Assembly (NCBI GenBank): GCA_012295275.1 | Contig: CM022667.1 | Span: 434,001 to 498,000, forward strand | Source: Chrysomallon squamiferum | Lineage: Eukaryota > Animalia > Mollusca | Reading direction: 5' to 3' | DNA: 64,000 nt | Position numbers and translations under genes: made by a program | Shown here: positions 55,071 through 64,000 of the stretch, in pieces | Numbering within the stretch: position 1 is the first letter of the stretch | How the letters are laid out: every line of letters starts with the position of its first letter | Notes under the pieces: generated by a model | Databases searched by the model: none | What the model was told of the DNA's origin: nothing | What the model saw: only the letters and a program-made list of their open reading frames with translations

Positions 55071-57909
55071 CATATATACATATCTATATATATAAAAGAA
55101 TGATTATTTTTAATTCTAATACTATGATACCAGTTAAGCATTAGAAAAGAAATTACTTTTAGAATTAACAAACAGAAAAGCGTGAAAACACGGTACTTTT
55201 ACTAATGTCGTTGAAATGAAGTTAATTTTGTGACATTTTATATCTTTCCGAGGATAAAAACAGAGAAAAGTAAGCCTGATCAAGTAAAACTCTGCTATCC
55301 TGTTACAACTGTAATGATTAATATGACTTCGTAAACAAATATCTTTTACCTTTTTTTTTATTCAATATTTGTTTTCATATCTTGCCCTATTTTTTTTATT
55401 ATTATTATTATTATGTTGTTGTTGTTTTTTTTGTCTTTTTCTCCTACCTAAGACCTATGTTTATCAAAATGTCTGACAAATATAGATTTATTTCAGATGC
55501 TTACAGGAGAGAACAGCAGTAAATATATAAATATTCTGAAGAATATTTAGAATATTTTAATTCCAGTTTAAACTGGTATTTTATATTTAAATTTTTGATG
55601 TAAAAATAAGGTCAGTTTTCAGTTTGTTTCTTAAACAAATTTCTCGATAATTTGTGCTGAATTTTAATATTTTAATTTTAAGATTAAAATGAGCTGGTTT
55701 TTAAATCTTTAATTCTTGATGTAAGATAATGCGGAAATGTTCTGCTGGAGTCAAAATGTTTGTAAGGAAAGCATGAAAGATAAAAGTAATTATTGTATAC
55801 TTCAGTTGATAATGTCTAACAAAATTACATACATATTTACATACATACAAACATACACAGAGACATGCATATACATGTGTTTGTGTGTGTGTGTGTGTGT
55901 ATATACATACATATATATGTATATGTATATATATATGTGCATGTATATATGTGTGTGTGTGTTTATATATATATATATGTATGCAAGTATGTATACAAAC
56001 ACACACATACATATATACAGACAGACATTAATTTTGATGGACAATATAATTTATAATAAATTAATGCTATTATAAATAAATAAATAAATAAGGTGTATAT
56101 TAAAATGTAAAAGTCGTGTTGTTTATAGGATATATATCTAATACATTTCATAAACACTATTTAATTATTTTCACGTTAAAATTCATCAATGGTGGAACCA
56201 AGATGAAAGTGAATTATAAGTTGGTATCCTTCAAGCTCATTTTTAAAAAATTATTTATGGTCACTAACCTTTCCTTGCAATAAAGTCTGAAAAGAATAAT
56301 AAATAACAATATAATAAGCCATAAAGTTGCATGGAGGTTGCCATTTTCTGTTTTATTTTATTTCATGGCATTATTTTGCAAAGAAACATGCACAAGAATT
56401 AAAAAATTAATAATAAAAAAAATAGTTTAATGTACACAATAACATATATTTGTTTTGATATAAAAAAAAAAAAATTAAATTAATATATACAATAACATAT
56501 AATTATTACATTTTTTTTATATTAAATTTGATTTTTATGAATTTTGCTTATAAAGTTAAAAAAAAAAATAATAATAATTAAAAAAAAATAATATGTACAA
56601 TAAAATGTATTTATTTTTTTTATATCAAATTTAATTTTGAGAAAATTGTCCATAATTTTCACAATTTGATGATATTAAAATTATTTACTGTATTTTGTTT
56701 AAAGGCAGAATCAAGGTTTTAAAAAAGATGAAGCTGGTTTGTTAGATATCTGCCAGGTTCTACATTAACATGGAAATTTTATAATTTTATCTCCATTTAT
56801 TTTGGCCCATATTTGTTGTTATCTTTTTAAAATCATGATATCTGTTGAAACAGGACTCATTTATTTGTTCATCTGATGTGCAGATAACTTTGCTCTCATA
56901 TATTATTAAAAACCAACAGAACATGCAACGGAAATTATCAAGAAAAATCATTTAAGTTTTTTTTTTTTTTGAAATAATGGAGAATAAATTACAGTGACAT
57001 TTAAGCAAGTTTATTTTTTTATATTTTTTTTGTTATATCTAACCTTTCGTTCCTTCATTCTGAAAAATTGGAGAAGAAAAAATAAATGTAATGACAATTC
57101 TGTCAATATGATTATAACAGCACCTGTAGGAACTGAAAGAATATCGATGTACTTAGTCTGAAAAGGATTTTTCTATCAAGCACAGTTTAATACGTAGTTT
57201 GTCCTCTTGCGCAGAAATCAATAGTTACTTGTGTAGAACGTTGTGCTGTTGGCCCAGTCTGAAAGGAATTTTTGCATCTGTTATACGTAAAATTTTCTGT
57301 ATCATTTGTTATTTAAATATTTGAGAAATTTTTTGTTATTTTATATTTTATGCAGTACTTATATTTATAAAATCTTATAGTAGAAGAGACTGTGTAAGAA
57401 TAAATATTAGAATACGATTCGGTATGTTTGAATCACATTTTAATGGGTTAATACAAAGATCTGTATATGTGTATAAACTTATTTGATGTTAACATAGACT
57501 CAGTCTATTAAGATTTTTATATCTAATAGAATTTTAAATTTCTTTTGCTTTTCTCAGAACAACATCTGTTACAGTAATATGCAGAACTTTTATCAATAAT
57601 TTATTTATTTTTTTTTTTTTTATCTGTTTCAATACATGAAGTGATATAACAAAATACACAAGATCTATATATTACATATAACTTGGTAAATAATTGTCAT
57701 ACTTTATTATTAACAAAGTGTCATTGTATGTGTTTCTAAATTCTAGAAATATTCTAAGAGATTCTATATATTTATTACTCTAAATTCTACAAAAATATTA
57801 TATGAGACTTAATGTGTCTGCGTCATTTTCTGAAATAAAAATAATAAATAAATAAATAAATATAAGAAATCACTTAAAACCAGTTGCCAAAATCAATAAT
57901 CTTTTCTTC

Positions 57910-58062
57910 TCTGACATCAGGAAGTTTGGGCCCATTAATTATAATTTTCTTTACTCTTTCATATCACGTACCAACAGCTATAAGCCTTACAAGTGACAGC
58001 TAGCCAATATTTCTGGTATGAGCATTCTGATTGGTCTAAGCCTGCATTCTGATTGGCTGACA
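57910..58062. promoter_or_regulatory. CCAAT-box cluster with ETS-like and CRE-like sites
   Basis: TGACATCA and CAGGAAGT at about 57912-57926; AGCCAAT at 58002; two GCATTCTGATTGG copies between 58022 and 58056. Confidence 0.4.
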
Positions 58063-58287
58063 GTCATGTTATATCAGCAGTGTTAAATGTTAGGAAATGG
58101 AGAGGTTTTCCTGTCAGACTTTGGGAATAATCAATAGATTTTTATCACAGTGGAAAGACTTTTGACATTTTTCTATTGTGTCTTGTGTTCCAAAGTTTTT
58201 ATTTATTACCCTTTAATAGTTTCTGTATCTTCATCTTATACTTTTAAAAAAAATTATTTTATTTTATTTTATTTTATTTTATTTCAT

Positions 58288-58318
<31 letters not shown>

Positions 58319-59179
58319 TTAATAAGATTTTTTCAGAGACAAAATAATCATTCAGTTTTGTGTTATAATGTGTAATAATACATACATACATACATACATA
58401 CATATGTATTTACATAAAATTAATACATAGACATTCGTAAATATGTACACACAGACATACATATAAAATATAACCATACATGTATGTAACATGTACAACC
58501 ATACATAAATATATACATATATATACATCGAGACAGACAAAAAGACAAACTGACAGATTACTTGCATGCATGCATATAGACAGACAGGCAGACACATGTA
58601 TGTATGTATGTATGTACACACACACACAGTCACATATGTGTGTATGTGTGTGTGTGTCTGTATATATATAGAATATATGAGAGAGAGAGATAGAGAAAGA
58701 AAGAAAGAAATTATTTCCAAAATTTGACAGATTCATTCTCAAAGTCTGAAATATGAATTTCTTCAACTAATGCAATGATTTATTTGCCTCTAAGACGAGT
58801 CCTATTATTCCAGGAATGTTCAGATATTGATTTACTTCTGCCTTACGCTTGTTTCATGTTGAAGTCACTTGTTAAGAGGTCTGTCTTGACTCTCTCCAGT
58901 GGAACCTTGTTCAAGTTTCAAGTCCACTGACCAAGAGTAACAGACCCATGTAAGCAATGGTGGTTTGCTAGTCCAGGCAGATATTTTAAATTAGTTTGGT
59001 TTATTACCGTTTGAATGAATTTTCCAGTTATGAAGTCATTTACTGACATTTTCTGTTCACTTCTTCATGTTAGAATAGTTTAAAATCCAAAAACGATTCA
59101 GTTAAATAATATTAACAATAAGAAGAGAGATTTGTGTGAAACCTTGACAGGAATAAAATTATATATATATAATAATAAT

Positions 59180-59575
59180 TGAGAAGGGGAGAGAGAGAGA
59201 AAATGAAAAAAAAAAGAAGAGATAAAGGAAGGAAGGAAAAACAGAGTGAAAGAAAATTTATATGCAAAATGAGAGATATGAAAAAGAAAGATAGAAAAAA
59301 CAAATGGAGAGAAAGAATGAAAGGGAAAGGATGAAATATATCATACAGAAAGTGAAAAAAGAGTAAGACTTGAGAGAGAGAGAGAGAGAAAGAAAAAAGA
59401 AAAAAGAGGGACAAAAAGAAACAGAAAGAGAGAAAGAGAGGATGTAAGAGTAAAAAAAAGAAAAAAAGAAAGGGAGATAACAAAAGATAGAAAGAAAGAA
59501 AGAAAGAGCAAAACATAGCGAGAAAGAGAGACAAAAAAGGAACACAGAATATGAATATAAAAAAAAAGAAAATGA
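59180..59575. repeat. Degenerate A/G polypurine tract
   Basis: Direct inspection. Confidence 0.85.
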
Positions 59576-61138
59576 CAGACACACGGAATACAAACGGAGT
59601 TACAAACGAATCCGAAAATTAACTGACACATTCAGAATCACTCTTATATTGTCACAATCTTACATAATCGTCTACATTAATGACTCTTCACAAACCGTCT
59701 GGACCTGGATATCGAAACACCGACACTAAAACAGATGTTGCACTCGACAATCTGACAATAGGAAACAATTTTCTGAACGAACTACACGCACCTGAATTTA
59801 GAAAAATCAATTCTTAGTCCTGTATTATGTGATAAAACCAATAGCAGTTACTGACACATTAAGACTTTGATGATACAACAATTTCGTGTAATTATTGTTA
59901 AGTATTCTTATTTTTTTTTTTTCTCTCTCTCTCTCTAGAGAGTTTATCTTAATTAATTGTGCTGCCGGTGAGTGGGTACTAAATAAATAGTGTTAATGCT
60001 GTTTTGCACTCAGATCTTAAATAAGTTAATGTTATTTTGCACTCAGGCCTGAGGAACGAAAATAAATGTTGCTTTGTTAATCAGTTAATGATTTGTGTTG
60101 TTCTTCTAATTTCTTTTTTTCTTTTATTAATATTATTTATTTATTTATTTAATTTTAAATTATTATTTTTTTTAATTTTTTTTTATATTTTATTTATATT
60201 ATTATTATTATTATTTATTTTTTTTATTTATTTATCTTATTTTATCTTATTTTATTTTATTTATTTATTTACTTTTTGGTTTATTATTATTATTATTATA
60301 TATATATTTTTTTTTTTTGCTATTTTCATTCTTGAGAAAACTAAAAATAGGAAAATCTAGAATTTTGTGAATTTTGCTGTTACAATAGAACATTTTAAGT
60401 GTTAGAATGGGAAAAAACTATTGTTTCAGTGTAAAATTCTGATGTTTTTGGTAATTTTCATTGTTACAATGTTTTTGGAGCTTTTGGCTTTGGAATGGGA
60501 AAAAACTGATATAAATGAATCTTTCATTATTATATTATCTGAGCTTTTAATGCTGGAATGAAAAAATAATAATATTACTGGTTTCTTAATGCTAAAACAG
60601 GAAAACTGTTTCTATCTTTTTACAAACTAAATATTACAAGCAAACCATAAATACTCTGTTTCAAATAGCAACAACATTTTTTTTTCTTTAAATCCAATTT
60701 CATTTATGCAAGACAGCACCTACCAAACATTTAAATTACTATCTTTTATCACACAGGATTTTGTAAAAAAAAAAAAAAACCTGCATCCACCATGTTAGAA
60801 GACAAACATTGTTAAATAAATACAAACCATATATTTAATGCATTAGACAAAAAAAAAAAAAAAAGAGAGAGAAAACAAACAAAAATCCTATCCTTTGCTT
60901 TATTGTGTTTTGTCGTGTTGGAAAAATCCCAAAATACACAGATTTTTAAATTCCAGAATAGCTCTTTGTCACACAAGATTAAAGGAGAAGAAAAACTGTA
61001 TTGATGTTGTTCCAAACGTTGATGATTTAGATTGGAAAAAAAAAAATATATATAATCTAGGTTTGCTGTGTGTGTTTTCATCCTTTGAAATGAAACAAGT
61101 CACGTTTTTATTCAAAATAGTGTGTATGTTTGTATGTA

Positions 61139-61178
<40 letters not shown>

Positions 61179-64000
61179 TATATATATATACACATATATG
61201 TAAGTGTATGTGTATATATATATATATATAGCTTTGTCTCTATGGGTATGTATATGTGCATGTATGTGTGTGTGTCTTATGTGTGTTTGTGTTCATATAT
61301 CTATGTGTATGTTTGCATATATGTATATATGGATGGATAGATTTAAGTATGTATGTATATATGTATGTATGTCTGTCTATCTAAAGATCAGACAATATAT
61401 GTATATCTACATCTGTAACTAGTTAATAATAATCTTTGTAATATTAATATGACATTCCTCAATGGAGAAAATAACCTGAGGTTTAGAAAATTAGTTATAA
61501 TGAAATTTTCTTATTTGACTAAAAAAATATATAAATTAATATTTAAAAAAAGATGTCATTATTTCAAAACAGATACGACTAGTAAATTACACATTTTATA
61601 TGTAAAATTACCTTTTTCTCAAACTGTCCAGCATCATAATCCACCCCTATCCTAATACCTCTCAAAAAAATAAATAAATAAATAAATAAATAAAAATTTA
61701 TATGTATATCATAATAATAATAATAACAATAATTTTTTTTTTTTCATACTTCAAAAAACCCATAGCATCACGTTAATAGTAAAAAAAAATTCACCCTTTT
61801 CTCAATTCCTCTCTTCTCTAAAAATAACAAATAATACTCTCATTATTCATAGTTGTTTAGACAGTAATTTTTCTGTTACTCCCCATCACAGCACAGGGTC
61901 ACATTAATATTAAAAAGTTCATCATCTGCCCAAAATGAGGATGGTAAATACAACCAACATTTGTATGGAGAGTGTTATGAAATAACTTGCATATTACACA
62001 CACAGACAGACAGACAGACGAACGACGGGGAAAATCAAATGCAGATCAATTGTTTGCCCTTATCTCTCTGTCAGTCAGCTACATCAGAGACAACGTCCAG
62101 CTGTTGCAACATGTTGCCAAAATACTGAGGAAACATCGTCATAGATGACTGTGTGTGTCTCTGTATCTCTGTCGGCCATATTGGTATTGATTAAGCTGGT
62201 CTCCTCAAAATTGAGTTCGATGTTTTGAAATTTATTTTCTGTTGTGGATTTTGTGCACGGTGAAACTTGTTTAAAGGGAGATTGGTTTTAATTGTGTTTT
62301 TCTTGTTGATTCTCTTTTCTTTACGGTGAAAACAAAAAAGAAAGAGAGGAAATATGGCTCGGATTTCTGTTGGATGTTTTGAAATGACGTAGTCGGTTTG
62401 TTTGTTAATTTTATTCCCTAAATGTTTACCGTAAATAATTTTGATAAACAAAATAGCTACTGTGTGAAAAAGGACCCTTGAAGACATTGATATACTTTCA
62501 TTTGTAATGGTTGTAGTCAAGATATTGATGAGAAAGTTCATTAAATAAAATAAAAAAATAAAACAATGTTTAAAAACCCAACATGATTTCTGGATGTTTG
62601 ATGTGTTTCAAAAAGATTGAATACATTTATTGATTTTTTTAGTGTTTCAAAGTGGTCTTTGGACAATGTAATCTGTGGCAAATAAAACCAAATTTGTCAG
62701 TGTTTTGAAAAAACAACACCCAAAACACAACCAAGTCAGTTAAAAATACTGACAACTGTTCAAAACCAATGGATGATAATTAATGTTAAGGAGTAACAGA
62801 TGATTGTTTCAGCTGTGTTATGGTAACAGACTATCACTCATTTATATTTTGATGAAATCTGGTTTTAACATTAACAAATATTTCAACTTGTATACTTCTT
62901 CTGTTGAACAAACCAGTTTAAATCTTACCCATCTACTGATTTAGATCAGGTTTTTAATGGACATTTTATTTTGAAAAACCATCTGAAAATATATTGCTTT
63001 ACATAAAAAAGAGGCGATATTATGAAAATATACTGGGTTCTATATGAGATTATAAATTAAATACTGGTCAAGCAAATTGTCTGGGGTTTTATGCATTATT
63101 TGAACAGATTGAAATTATGAAAATATATTGCACTGTTTAATAATATTATAAATGGACTGTATGAAGAATAAGAACATTATGAAATTATACTGGATGGAAT
63201 GTCTAAAACAAAAAAGTGTATAATGAAAAGATAAAAAATTAAAAAATTACAAAAATATTCTGAACTGTATTTGAATTATTTTTCTTAAATTTCGAAAAGA
63301 TTTTCCAAATTTATTGAACAGATATTGAAAAAAAAAAAGAAAAAAAGAAAAGGAAACCATTAGAAAAAAGATAAAAGAATTCAAATTATCTTTCCAGAAA
63401 TATTTTCATCTTTTATCCTCTATTCCTCATCTGGAAATCCACCATGTTTTTATTTCCTGCTGGTTTTATAGCAGTCATCTAAAGTATTAGTCATTGTTTG
63501 TGTGTTTTGAATGATTCTAATTAACCACCATTTTGTCAATACAAAACATACCCCTGTCTACCTAGAATATGAACAAACATAGCATATTTTACATATTGAT
63601 TCTCTTTGTATTGAACCTTTGAACAACGTTTTTTTTTGTTTGTTTAAAAATATAAATATTATTCATATTTCTACATTTAGTGATATTTTTGACAACAGGA
63701 GAAAATATTAATATTTCTGTTGCAAGAAGAGATATGAATTTTATTCATTTTTCATTTTCACTGACAGGAAAGCACTAATCATGTTTGTTTTTAATAACAA
63801 AAATGCAAATATTCAGTGTGTAGCTATGTACAACAAGCAATAAGACTGAAACATTGATCATTTTTTTTTTTTGAAATTTCAAATACCGAAACATTAACCA
63901 TTTCTTTGAGTTGACTTATTGATGTCTTCATTTTGAAGCCTGGGAAATTTTCAAAAGATGCAATTACCAAGTACTGTTTGAACATCTATCCCTTTCAAAC

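Overview
This is eukaryotic (metazoan) genomic DNA, very AT-rich and dense in microsatellites. A mollusc or other lophotrochozoan is my inference from the repeat landscape plus the presence of CNBD1. Most ORFs in the supplied track are translations of simple repeats. Two genes are supported. (1) A minus-strand CNBD1-like gene (cyclic-nucleotide-binding domain protein 1) with 14 exon positions, from ATG 16311 to TAG 6176. Thirteen exons splice GT-AG with consistent phases. The eighth (10611-10774) has the right splice sites and phase but is scrambled internally. (2) The 5' part of a large, unidentified plus-strand gene: a probable non-coding first exon near 24.2-24.5 kb, a coding exon at 31143-31501, and an apparent alternative first coding exon at 47417-47504 ending in the same phase. 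The rest is intron or intergenic DNA with many minisatellites, local duplications and a few clustered regulatory motifs. I found no CRISPR array, RNA gene, autonomous transposon or convincing new biological system. The best leads are the disrupted CNBD1 exon, tandem decayed copies of a splice acceptor, a dense bZIP-site cluster and the alternative first exons.
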